Source of the DNA: an uncultured Actinomycetota bacterium
GTDB taxonomy: Bacteria; Actinomycetota; Actinomycetes; Propionibacteriales; Nocardioidaceae
Direction of reading: 5' to 3'
Assembly: GCA_963753565.1 (NCBI GenBank)
Contig: CAVWCT010000022.1
Span: 3,839-67,838 of the forward strand
DNA: 64,000 nucleotides
Position 1 is the first letter of the stretch; every line of letters starts with the position of its first letter. Under the pieces are notes generated by a model. That model was not told the origin of the DNA. It did no database searches and was given only the letters and a program-made list of their open reading frames with translations. A program made the position numbers and the translations under genes. This document shows, piece after piece, positions 53,248 through 61,859 of this stretch.

Positions 53248-56200
53248 TCAGGTCGGTCGTGAGGTGTGCCAGATGACGGGGGTCTCGGGCCGGTAGACGC
53301 AGAAGATCCCAGTGCGCACTGCGTTGCGTAGGTGCGCCGCCAGGGCCGGGTGGGTGTCGGCGAGCCGGTCGATCGTGAGCTTGATCCGTGTCCCGACCGC
53401 CTTCCGGGCCCGCTCGTTGGGATCGCCGGTACGTCGGGCGCGCCCGCCGAGCCCGAGGGCCGCCGACAGCTCAGTCAGGATGAAGTCCCGCTCGACGCGC
53501 AGCTGCTCGGCACGCCCGAGGTCCTGGATCGCCGTCGCAACCTCCAGCTCGGCCTCCAGTTCCCGGATTCGTTGTCGGTACGCCGCACGCGCGGCCGGGT
53601 CGAGCACCTCCCCGAGATCGCCCTCCGTAGCGCGGTCTGGGGCATTGCCGCCGTAGAGGTCGGCGACGTGGATCTCGTGACCGGGCACGGCGAGCAATGC
53701 CTTCAGGTCCGCGATCCCCTTGGCATGCTTGATCCGGACCGTGCGGCCTGCGTACGAGAGTGTCCAGAAGTCGCCCTCACGGAGCCACTGGTTGAGGGGA
53801 TTCGGGCTCTCCCCGATCGTGTCGACCTGGGGCTCCCCTCGGCGCGTGCGGAGCTCGGCCACCTCGCTCTCGAGGAGGGGCGCGCCCGCCGCGGTGATGG
53901 CGGCGTCCGCCTTGACCAGGTGCGCTGCCGCCGCATCGTCTCGCCCGAGCGCAGCTGCAAGACGGGCCAGCTCCAGCTCGACCGGTCCCCAGCACACGGC
54001 GCCGATGCCGTCGACGACCCACATCCCGGCGAACGGGCGCAGAGCGTCGTAGAGCTGGGCGGCGGCGTCTGTCTCACCCAGCGCGATCGCGATCCGCCCG
54101 AACATCATGATCGTGGTGAGGTGTTCCGCATCGTCCCCGATCCGAGCGAACCCGTTCTCCGAGTGCAGCCGCAGCAACGACCGGGCCCGGTCGAGCTCCC
54201 CGGCGCGGAGCGCCACGTAGCCGACGCCCGACGCGTAGCTCGCCCACGCCGCCGGGTCCACCTCGAGGATGCCGTCGAGGCTCGCCGGGTCGATCACCCG
54301 TCCACGTGCCGTGTCGACACCGATCCTGAGGGTGATCGCCAGGAGCGCGGCGTTCGTGCTGCCCGTGTGCTCGGCGGCCGCGGCAACCATCGCCAGATGG
54401 GCTTCGGCATCGGCGAGGTGCCCCTTCAGGAGCGCGCGCATCCCGCGGAACAACGGCGCGTACCAGCTCAACAGCGGTTGCCGCAGCTCCTCGGCGCGGC
54501 GCTCGAAGTCCGCGATGACCAGGTCCAGCTCGGCGAAGTCTCCCAGCTCCAGCAGCGCGACCACACGGAAGCGAGTGCCCAGCAGCCCGAGCAGCCGGTC
54601 TCCGGCCTCGTCCGCGAGTCTCACGATCTCCCCAGCGTGCTCGAGCCTCGCGTACACGTGTCGTGGACCGGCCAGGGCGTCGCACAGCGCCGCGAGTGCT
54701 TGGGCCTCCAACGCCGGGTCGCCGACCCCACGTGCGATTGCCCTCGCTTCCTCGGCCAACGCTCGGGACCGGTCCAGGGTCTCGGGAGTGGCCGCCGCCA
54801 CCGAGAGGCGCGCCAGCAATGACGACCGCAGCCCGTGCGCGTCCGGTCCGACTCCCGCGAGTGCCTCCTCGACGAGTCTCGTGTAGCCGGCGTCCCAGGT
54901 CGGCACCTCCCACCCGGCGGCGCCGGCCCCGATGCCGAGCACGGCCGTCACGAGCCGCTCGCCGTCGCTCGCCGCTCGGGCAAGGTCGGCTGCCGTGGCG
55001 AACCGCTCACGCGCCCGGGCCAGGTCACCGGCCCGGAGCCGGGCGTCGGCCTCCGCGAGGACCAAGTCGATCCGATGGGTCGGGTCGCGAGCCAGCTCAC
55101 CCGCGCGCGCGAACCACGCCGCGGCCTGCTCGAACGAGAGTCGATCGCGGTGCCAGAGTGCCGCCGCCTCCCAGTGACCGCAGGCCTCGTCCACCTCACC
55201 GGCCGCCTGCAGGTGCATCGCCAGCTGCGCCCGCATCCCGGGGTCGCGATCGATGAGGTCGGCCAGCAGCCCGGCGGCAGAGCGGTGCAGCTCGGACCTG
55301 CGGGTCGCGGGCATGGAGTCGAGGACGACGTCGCGGATCAGGTCATGGGCGAAAGCGAACTCCTCACGCCCCAGCCTGATCACCAGCTCCCCTCGCACGG
55401 CCACCTCGATGTGACGGGCGACATCGCCGGCAGCGTCGTACGTCGCCAGCAGGTTCTCGACCGAGGCGACCTCGAACTCCTTGCCCAACACCGCCGCAGC
55501 TTGGAGCGTGGCGACCACCGACTCGTTCACCCGCGCCAACCGGCGCTGCAGGACCGCTGTCACCGCCGGCGGCACAGCCCCCGCCGCGACCTCGGTCCGG
55601 CCAGAGGTGCCGATCAACCTGGCGAACTCGCCCACGAACAACGGGTTCCCCCCGCTGCGTGCCGCGACCACCTCATGCACGGCCCCGGCGATTGCATCGT
55701 CAACGGTCATCGCCAGGAGCTCGCGCACCGACTCCGGGTCCAGCCCCCCCAGCGTCATTTGCGTTGCCCGGCGCCCGAGCCCAGCCAGGTCCTCCGCGGC
55801 AAGCTCGCTGTGCCGGGCCAAGCCGAGCAGGACACATGGGCTGTCCCGCAACAGGTCCACGGCGAACTCGATCAGCCGCACCTCGGCTGCGTCGGCCCAC
55901 TGGAGGTCGTCCAGAACGATCACGACCGGAGCCCGTTCGGCCGCCGCCCTGAGCCCAGCCGCAACCGCCGCGAACTGGGCGAACCGCGCGGCGGCGGCTT
56001 CGTCGGGCGCCGTCGGCGCTGCTGCATCCAGGGCCGAGGTGTCGAGATCCAGCTGTTGAAGGACCTGCCGCCACATCCATAGCGGCGGCGTGCCCGCATC
56101 GGGCCACGCGGTGGCCCATGCCGTGCGCGCGCCAACATGACTCAACCTGCGCAACGCCTCCTCGGCGAACCGGGTCTTGCCGATCCCCGGCTCCCCGGTC

Positions 56201-56295
56201 ACCAGCAACAGGCCACCCCGGCCGCCCCCCAGTCGTTCCAGCAGGGGCTCGATGCGCAGCAGGTCACGCTCGCGCCCGACCAGGCGATCCGTCAT
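53248..56295 (-). CDS. Large AAA-ATPase/TPR transcriptional regulator
   Basis: LVGRERDL, GEPGIGKT (Walker A), VLDDLQWAD, GGNPLF, helical repeats, C-terminal ERARKAV...RTGIFCVY; real start probably ATG 56295. Confidence 0.85.
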   Translation of the reverse strand: MTDRLVGRERDLLRIEPLLERLGGGRGGLLLVTGEPGIGKTRFAEEALRRLSHVGARTAWATAWPDAGTPPLWMWRQVLQQLDLDTSALDAAAPTAPDEAAAARFAQFAAVAAGLRAAAERAPVVIVLDDLQWADAAEVRLIEFAVDLLRDSPCVLLGLARHSELAAEDLAGLGRRATQMTLGGLDPESVRELLAMTVDDAIAGAVHEVVAARSGGNPLFVGEFARLIGTSGRTEVAAGAVPPAVTAVLQRRLARVNESVVATLQAAAVLGKEFEVASVENLLATYDAAGDVARHIEVAVRGELVIRLGREEFAFAHDLIRDVVLDSMPATRRSELHRSAAGLLADLIDRDPGMRAQLAMHLQAAGEVDEACGHWEAAALWHRDRLSFEQAAAWFARAGELARDPTHRIDLVLAEADARLRAGDLARARERFATAADLARAASDGERLVTAVLGIGAGAAGWEVPTWDAGYTRLVEEALAGVGPDAHGLRSSLLARLSVAAATPETLDRSRALAEEARAIARGVGDPALEAQALAALCDALAGPRHVYARLEHAGEIVRLADEAGDRLLGLLGTRFRVVALLELGDFAELDLVIADFERRAEELRQPLLSWYAPLFRGMRALLKGHLADAEAHLAMVAAAAEHTGSTNAALLAITLRIGVDTARGRVIDPASLDGILEVDPAAWASYASGVGYVALRAGELDRARSLLRLHSENGFARIGDDAEHLTTIMMFGRIAIALGETDAAAQLYDALRPFAGMWVVDGIGAVCWGPVELELARLAAALGRDDAAAAHLVKADAAITAAGAPLLESEVAELRTRRGEPQVDTIGESPNPLNQWLREGDFWTLSYAGRTVRIKHAKGIADLKALLAVPGHEIHVADLYGGNAPDRATEGDLGEVLDPAARAAYRQRIRELEAELEVATAIQDLGRAEQLRVERDFILTELSAALGLGGRARRTGDPNERARKAVGTRIKLTIDRLADTHPALAAHLRNAVRTGIFCVYRPETPVIWHTSRPT

Positions 56296-56498
56296 GTGAC
56301 TCCTCAGGCAAGTCTCCGGACCATGGTCGCGTCTCACGGCCCCCGGGCCAAGACAATCGCTGGCTGGCAGGCGACGTCGTCGCGCTGGTCGAGGAGCGAT
56401 GTCTCGTCGTGCCCGCAGACGTCGCGCGTGGCCAGCGGACCTGTGGTACGCCAGCAGGTGACTGTCCGGGTGTCGCTGTTGCCGAGTGACCTGAGGAC

Positions 56499-56624
56499 AT
56501 GGTGAACCCCGCTGTGCAGTCGGCCATCGACGCGATGAGCCTCGATGAGGCTCCGGTCGAGTGGTCGCGAGTCGAGCTGCGTGACGGGGTCGACGACAAG
56601 GACCCGACGGTCCTTCATGACTGA
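56499..56624 (+). pseudogene. Internally deleted remnant resembling an addiction-module antitoxin
   Basis: GAGG RBS, then MVNPAVQSAIDAMSLDE, resembling from memory the N-terminus of actinobacterial addiction-module proteins; only 41 codons. Confidence 0.4.
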
Positions 56625-56658
56625 CGAGGGCAGCGTGGAACTCAGGTTCAACGTTTGA
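56617..56658 (+). repeat. Degenerate duplicate of the ychF 3' end (att-like scar 1)
   Basis: Reads MTDEGSVELRFNV* versus ychF MADGDVVEFRFNV* (51404-51445); same 42-nt length. Confidence 0.7.
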
Positions 56659-56674
56659 TGCGGAGGCGGCAGCC

Positions 56675-57064
56675 TCAGGAGTGACTCCCGAAGAATGCGG
56701 CTTCGACGGTAGACGGCCACAGGCAGAGAAGTCGGCCACCTTCTGGGCCGGTGCGGAACCCATGAACCGCGCCGGGTGGGATGAATACAAAGGTGCCCGG
56801 CCCGATGCCCTCAGCTGGGTCGGCGTCGGTGTAGAAGGTGTAGTCACCTTCGAGAACGTAGAAGGCTTCGGCTTCGTCGTGGGTGTGTGGCGGATTGTTG
56901 AAGCCGGGCTCTTGCCATGCCTCCCCGAAAGCCCAGTGCCCGCCGGTCTCGGTTCGGGATGCCTTGCGGATGATCCGTGCCTCGAGGCCATCCATCGGCA
57001 AGACGATGCCGTCTCCGTCGGCAGGACCGCGCAGGATCACCTTCGGCGCCTCTTCAATCGGCAT
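56675..57064 (-). CDS. Cupin domain protein
   Basis: PPHTHDEAEAFYVLEG, FIPPGAVHGF; GGAGG RBS. Confidence 0.88.
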   Translation of the reverse strand: MPIEEAPKVILRGPADGDGIVLPMDGLEARIIRKASRTETGGHWAFGEAWQEPGFNNPPHTHDEAEAFYVLEGDYTFYTDADPAEGIGPGTFVFIPPGAVHGFRTGPEGGRLLCLWPSTVEAAFFGSHS

Positions 57065-57141
57065 TGCCTGCCTCCATTCGCTCCAGCGCCCGTCGGCTCG
57101 CTACGCACATGACTACCCCAAACGAGCTCGAGACGCACGCC

Positions 57142-57186
57142 GCAAGGTCTGGTCGAGGCGAGGTGGAGTTCCGCTTCAACCTCTGA
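57142..57186 (+). repeat. Duplicate of the ychF 3' end (att-like scar 2)
   Basis: GGTGGAGTTCCGCTTCAAC (57162-57180) is identical to 51421-51439 and is followed by one codon and TGA; upstream GCAAGG.CT and GGCGA also align with gaps. Confidence 0.85.
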
Positions 57187-57219
57187 TGTGCTGAGACCCC
57201 AGAGAACGAGGAGTGCGCC

Positions 57220-57495
57220 ATGTTCGCTCGCGTCGCCGTATGGAGTCCGATGCCCGATGACGATCGTCAGTGGGTGATCGACGCTGCGAAGTCCGTGCCG
57301 GGGGTCCTCGATGCCTACCACTTGGTCGACCCGGACACGGGCAACGGATTGTCGATCGCCTTCTTCGAGGACGACGTCGACGTCATGGCTGTGAAGGAGG
57401 TCATCTCGGTCAAGGGCCAGGAGATCGGTTGGCACGACGAGCCGCGCCCAGCTCCGGAGTCCGAGACGATCTACCGCGTGCTCCGTCACGGCTAG
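57220..57495 (+). CDS. Small hypothetical protein (possible dimeric alpha/beta barrel)
   Basis: GAGGAG RBS; MFARV...PGVLDAYHLVDPDTGNGLSIAFFE. Confidence 0.75.
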   Translation: MFARVAVWSPMPDDDRQWVIDAAKSVPGVLDAYHLVDPDTGNGLSIAFFEDDVDVMAVKEVISVKGQEIGWHDEPRPAPESETIYRVLRHG

Positions 57496-57512
57496 CGGCC
57501 GGGACGGCGACC

Positions 57513-58883
57513 TCAGCTGGAAGTGCTAGCGCCGCCGATCATGAGCAAGTCACCGGCGGGTGCGCAGCAGCCGCCTCCGTTGGCGTCAGCGGGCTGGTCC
57601 TCGAACTGCCCGGAGCCGCCACAGACGCCGGACTCGGGTAGGACCAGCTCGACGCGGGCGGCGGCCTCGTGGTCCCCGGCGATGGCGGCGACGATGCTCC
57701 TGGTCTGCTCGAACCCCGTCAGCGCGAGAAACGACGGCGCGCGGCCGTAGGACTTCATGCCGGCAAGGTAGAGCCCCTGCTCGGGCTGGGCCAGCTCCGC
57801 GACGCCGTGCGGATACACCGTGCCGCAGGAGTGAACATTGGGATCGATGAGCGGCGCGAGCTTGGTCGGGGCAGACAGCACCGGGTCGAGCTCTAGTCGG
57901 ACCTCGCTCAGCCAGTCGAGGTCGGGGCGAAAGCCGGTGACCACGACAACCTCGTCGACCCGCTCGACACGACGCCCGTCGATACCAACGATCGTCATTC
58001 GGTCGTCCTCATCGGTTGTGACCTCGGCGGTGCGGAAGGACGTGACGACCTGCACCGGTCCGCCCTCGACGGCCGCCTGGGCCCGCTTGCCGAGGGCGCC
58101 TCGGGCCGCGAGCTGGTCGTTGTCCCCGCCGCCGAAGGCATCGTCCAGGGCGGGGCGACGTACGAGCCACACGATCTCGGTGTGGCCGGCTTCCTGGCTC
58201 AGAGAGGTCAGACCGACCAGGGTGTTCTGGGCGGAGGCGCCGCGGCCGGCAACCGCGACGCGCTTGCCGGAGTAGCGGGCGCGGGTGGCGGGGTCGGTGA
58301 GGTCCGGGATGCCGTACGTGATGTGGTCAGCCTGCTCGACCTCCCCGGGCGCCGGGAGGCCGTCTCCGCCCAGCGGGTTCGCGCCGTACCAAGTTCCGGA
58401 GGCGTCGATCACGGCGCCGGCGGTCACCAGGGTCGCGCCCTCCTCGGACCGGACGTGCACGGTGAACGGCGCGTCCTCGCGGCCGGAGTCGACCATCCGG
58501 TCGCGGCCCTGCTTGGCGACGCCGACGACCCGGTGGCCGTAGCGCATCTCGACCTCGGCAGTGGCGGCCAGCGCCTGGGCCAGCGGTGCGAGGTAGGCGT
58601 CCACCCACTCGGCGCCCGTCGGATAGGTCGCAGGGTCGGGCCGCTGCCAGCCGGTGCGGGCGAGCAATGCCTCCCCCACTGGGTCGACCAGCTCGCTCCA
58701 GGCCGAGAAGAGCCGGACGTGGCCCCATTCACGGACCGCCGCGCCAGGTCCATCACCCGCCTCGAGGACGACGGTTGGGAGGCCGCGTGCCTGGGCGTGC
58801 GCCGCAGCCGCTAGACCGACGGGGCCGGCGCCGACGATGAGGACAGAATGGTCAATTGATCGATAAGCATCGATGATGGGCAT
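57513..58883 (-). CDS. Arsenic-cluster FAD-dependent oxidoreductase (ArsO-like flavoprotein)
   Basis: IVGAGPVG, WGHVRLFSAW, DASGTW, PNVHSCGTV, GMKSYGRAPSFL, C-terminal CGG...GGCC; start uncertain. Confidence 0.85.
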   Translation of the reverse strand: MPIIDAYRSIDHSVLIVGAGPVGLAAAAHAQARGLPTVVLEAGDGPGAAVREWGHVRLFSAWSELVDPVGEALLARTGWQRPDPATYPTGAEWVDAYLAPLAQALAATAEVEMRYGHRVVGVAKQGRDRMVDSGREDAPFTVHVRSEEGATLVTAGAVIDASGTWYGANPLGGDGLPAPGEVEQADHITYGIPDLTDPATRARYSGKRVAVAGRGASAQNTLVGLTSLSQEAGHTEIVWLVRRPALDDAFGGGDNDQLAARGALGKRAQAAVEGGPVQVVTSFRTAEVTTDEDDRMTIVGIDGRRVERVDEVVVVTGFRPDLDWLSEVRLELDPVLSAPTKLAPLIDPNVHSCGTVYPHGVAELAQPEQGLYLAGMKSYGRAPSFLALTGFEQTRSIVAAIAGDHEAAARVELVLPESGVCGGSGQFEDQPADANGGGCCAPAGDLLMIGGASTSS

Positions 58884-58919
58884 GCAGGCACCGTAGCGCA
58901 TTCATCGAAGAACGTCGAT
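58859..58919. promoter_or_regulatory. Two ATCGA-N6-TCGAT palindromes, putative ArsR operators
   Basis: ATCGA-TAAGCA-TCGAT (58859-58874) and ATCGA-AGAACG-TCGAT (58904-58919) at the divergent junction. Confidence 0.65.
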
Positions 58920-58927
58920 GATAGATT

Positions 58928-59815
58928 GTGGGCGTGACCTCTTCCGACCTCGCCTGCGCACCAACCGTCATCGGCCCAGCCGGTCATGAGCTGCTGGGCG
59001 CTGAGTCGGCAGCGACGTACGCCGAGTGGTTCGCCACCCTGTCCGACCCCACCCGGGTGCGGCTGTTGCACGCGGTGGCGAGCGCACCGACGGGCTCGAT
59101 CAAGGTGGGTGATCTGGCCACCGTGCTGGGCATCAGCCAGTCGACCTGCTCCCACCACGTCCGCAAGCTCGCCGAGGTCGGCTTCGTGGCCGTCGACAAG
59201 GTCGGCACCGCCTCCATCGTCTCGGTGAATCCCGCCTGCTGCACGGGCCTCCCGCACGCTGCAGACGTAGTCATGGGGTCCTTGGGTTCCGTGCCGTGCT
59301 GCCCAGAGGACTTGCCGTCCGACGTGGCCACCCGAGCGATGGCCGACGCCGACCTGGAGACCGTTCGCGACATCTACGCCGAGGGCATCGCCACCCGGAT
59401 GGCAACGTTCGAGACCGAAGTGCCGGCCCTTGCCGACCTCGCAGACAAGTGGCTGCCGGGGTACCGCTGGGTCGCCGAGCAGGACGGTCGGGTCGTCGGG
59501 TGGAGCGCCATCAGCCCGGTCTCCGAGCGGCAGTGCTACTCGGGCGTCGGCGAGACCAGCGTCTACGTCACCGAGTCCGCGCGCGGGCGCGGCGTCGGCA
59601 AGGCGCTGCTCTACCGGCAGGTCAACGAGGCCGACGCCGGCGGTCTGTGGACGCTGCAGACCTCCGTCTTCCCCGAGAATCGCGCCTCACTCGCGCTGCA
59701 CCACTCGGCCGGGTACCGCACCCTGGCCGTACGGCCGAGGATCGCCCAGCTCGACGGGGACTGGCGCGACACCGTGCTCCTCGAGCGTCGACGCACGGAC
59801 GACTTTGACGCATGA
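58928..59815 (+). CDS. ArsR HTH fused to a GNAT N-acetyltransferase (ArsN/PAT-like)
   Basis: LSDPTRVRLL, ISQSTCSHH, NPACC, PCCP linker; IYAEGI...ATFE, SVYV...RGRGVG, FPENRAS. Confidence 0.88.
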   Translation: MGVTSSDLACAPTVIGPAGHELLGAESAATYAEWFATLSDPTRVRLLHAVASAPTGSIKVGDLATVLGISQSTCSHHVRKLAEVGFVAVDKVGTASIVSVNPACCTGLPHAADVVMGSLGSVPCCPEDLPSDVATRAMADADLETVRDIYAEGIATRMATFETEVPALADLADKWLPGYRWVAEQDGRVVGWSAISPVSERQCYSGVGETSVYVTESARGRGVGKALLYRQVNEADAGGLWTLQTSVFPENRASLALHHSAGYRTLAVRPRIAQLDGDWRDTVLLERRRTDDFDA

Positions 59816-60258
59816 ACACGCCGGGCCAGGTGCCTCAAGTCGTCTTCGCCTGCGTCCGCAACGGCGGCCGCTCCGTCATCAGTCGAATGCTCACCGAGCG
59901 CTACGCCGAGGGTCGGGTGCGGGCTCTGTCCGCCGGCACCCTGCCCGGAGATCACATTCATCCTGAGGTTGCCGACGCGCTCGCGGAGCTCGGGCTCGAC
60001 ACCTCCGGGGAGCACCCCAAGCTGCTCACCCGGGACACCATCGCGACCAGTGACCTGGCCATCACTCTCGGCTGCGGCGAGGAGTGCCCCTACGTGCCCG
60101 GAGTGAGGTACGTCGACTGGCCGGTCGACGACCCCGGCGGCCAGGACCACGCAACCGTCCGCCGCATCATCGCCGACCTCGATATCCGCGTCCGCGATCT
60201 CCTGGTCGAGCTGGTCCCGGATATCGAGCTGCCGCCGTCGCTGGTCACCCCCGAGTAG
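59812..60258 (+). CDS. arsC: Arsenate reductase, LMW-PTP fold
   Basis: FACVRNGGRS P-loop, SAGT, TLGCGEECP, DWPVDDP. Confidence 0.85.
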   Translation: MNTPGQVPQVVFACVRNGGRSVISRMLTERYAEGRVRALSAGTLPGDHIHPEVADALAELGLDTSGEHPKLLTRDTIATSDLAITLGCGEECPYVPGVRYVDWPVDDPGGQDHATVRRIIADLDIRVRDLLVELVPDIELPPSLVTPE

Positions 60259-60259
60259 C

Positions 60260-60358
60260 GTGACTGGTGTGGCGAAGCAGATGGGCGTCCGTCGGGTGAC
60301 GATGCCCTGCCGTCTGCCCGCCTACGACTGCTGCGACGGCGAGGACTCCGCCACCTGA
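60260..60358 (+). CDS. Putative Cys-containing leader peptide upstream of the EamA gene
   Basis: Single frame with possible starts at 60260, 60281 and 60302, ending ...MPCRLPAYDCCDGEDSAT*; followed by a 9-bp GC hairpin. Confidence 0.4.
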   Translation: MTGVAKQMGVRRVTMPCRLPAYDCCDGEDSAT

Positions 60359-60423
60359 CTGCCCGGCGCCGAGATTCGGCGCCGCCGACAGTCCTGTCCA
60401 CCCCGTCCGACCGGAGCTTCCGC

Positions 60424-61350
60424 ATGTCCGCACACACCTCTTTCACCCCTGCCCGTAAGCAAGTCGCGGTCGCCGCACTGGTAGCCGCGGCCGCCTGCTG
60501 GGGCGTCGGCACTGTCGTGACCAAGCAGGTCGTGGACGATGTCGCACCGTTGACCCTGCTTCCGCTCCAGCTCACGGCCAGCTGTTCCTTCCTCCTCGTC
60601 GTTGCGGTGGTCCGCCAAGAACCGCTCGTGTGGACGGCACCACTGCGCGGCCTGGCCGGGCTCGGCGTCCTCAATCCCGGCCTGGCCTACTCTCTCGGGC
60701 TGGTCGGCCTAACGACCATCACCGCGAGCCTGTCGGTTTTGCTCTGGGCTGCCGAACCCGTCCTCATCATGCTGCTGGCAGCCCTCGTCCTCCGGGAACA
60801 CGTTCCACCAGCCCTCGGGCTTTCACTCGGTGTCGCACTGTTCGGAGTGCTTCTCGTCGTGTACCAGCCAGGCGCAGCAGGAGATGCAACTGGCATCGCG
60901 CTCACCCTGTCCGGAGTCGCGTGCTGTGCCCTCTACACAGTGCTCACCAGACGCCTTCTCATGGACGACTCCTCCTTGGCGGTCGCGCTCGCCCAACAGG
61001 CCGCAGCGATGGTGTTCGCGCTGCTGCTGGCGACGGGTGCCGAGGCTGTGGGAGCCCAGGGCTGGTCGATCGGAGAGATCGACTCGCAGGCCTTGGTGGG
61101 GGCCCTGGTCTCCGGTGTCCTGTACTACGGGCTCGCCTTCTGGCTGTACCTCACCGGCCTACGCCACATGCCGGCTTCCTACGCCGGTGCATTCTTGCCG
61201 CTCATTCCCGTCTTCGGTGTCGCCGCCGGCTACGTCGTTGGCGAGCGCCTCGAATCTCGGCAATGGTTGGGCGCCGCGCTGGTGATCCTGGCGACGGGCC
61301 TCATCGGACTCCGGGAAGTGAGGCGTGGTAGGCGTGCTGACAAATCCTGA
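60424..61350 (+). CDS. EamA/DMT family transporter
   Basis: About ten TM helices in two repeats; AACWG, AEPVLI, LIPVFG, GERL. Confidence 0.9.
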   Translation: MSAHTSFTPARKQVAVAALVAAAACWGVGTVVTKQVVDDVAPLTLLPLQLTASCSFLLVVAVVRQEPLVWTAPLRGLAGLGVLNPGLAYSLGLVGLTTITASLSVLLWAAEPVLIMLLAALVLREHVPPALGLSLGVALFGVLLVVYQPGAAGDATGIALTLSGVACCALYTVLTRRLLMDDSSLAVALAQQAAAMVFALLLATGAEAVGAQGWSIGEIDSQALVGALVSGVLYYGLAFWLYLTGLRHMPASYAGAFLPLIPVFGVAAGYVVGERLESRQWLGAALVILATGLIGLREVRRGRRADKS

Positions 61351-61355
61351 TGCCG

Positions 61356-61859
61356 TCAGCAGTCGACGGGCTGCTCGGTCAGGAGGCTGCGGAGCGAGGC
61401 GACCGCGCGAGACGAGTGGCTCTTCACCGTGCCCGTGCTGACGCCCAGCTCCGCAGCCGTCTCCTCGACCGACAGCCCCAGCCAGTGCCGCAAGACCACC
61501 GTGCGCCGCTGCATCGGCGGTAGTTGCTGCAAGGCGTCGAACAGGGCGGACCGTTCCTCGGTCGGGAGTTCTTCGCGGGCCGGCGCCTGGGCCAGGTCGC
61601 CGTCGGAGGTCAGGACCCGCCGCCGCCGCCACGGTCGGCGGCGGTCGTCGAGGTCGGCGCGGACGATGATCCGACGCGCGTAGGCCTCCTCGCGCCCCTC
61701 TTTGCGCACCCGTGACCAGGCGACGTACAGCTTGACGAGGGACTCCTGCAGCACGTCCTCGGCCCGGTTGGCGTCGCCGCAGACGGCGTACGCGATCCGG
61801 CGCAGGCGGTCCTGGCGGGCGGTGACGAACTCGACGTACGACGCATCGTGGTCGTTCAT
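61356..61859 (-). CDS. SigE-family ECF sigma factor
   Basis: AEDVLQESLVKLYVAW (region 2); LPPMQRRTVVLRHW...GTVKSHSSRA (region 4). Confidence 0.92.
   Translation of the reverse strand: MNDHDASYVEFVTARQDRLRRIAYAVCGDANRAEDVLQESLVKLYVAWSRVRKEGREEAYARRIIVRADLDDRRRPWRRRRVLTSDGDLAQAPAREELPTEERSALFDALQQLPPMQRRTVVLRHWLGLSVEETAAELGVSTGTVKSHSSRAVASLRSLLTEQPVDC

Noticed and set aside
56296-56991. N-terminal extension of the 1247-aa ORF
   Set aside because: Low-complexity frame overlapping the cupin gene and debris; the AAA domain begins at 56295.
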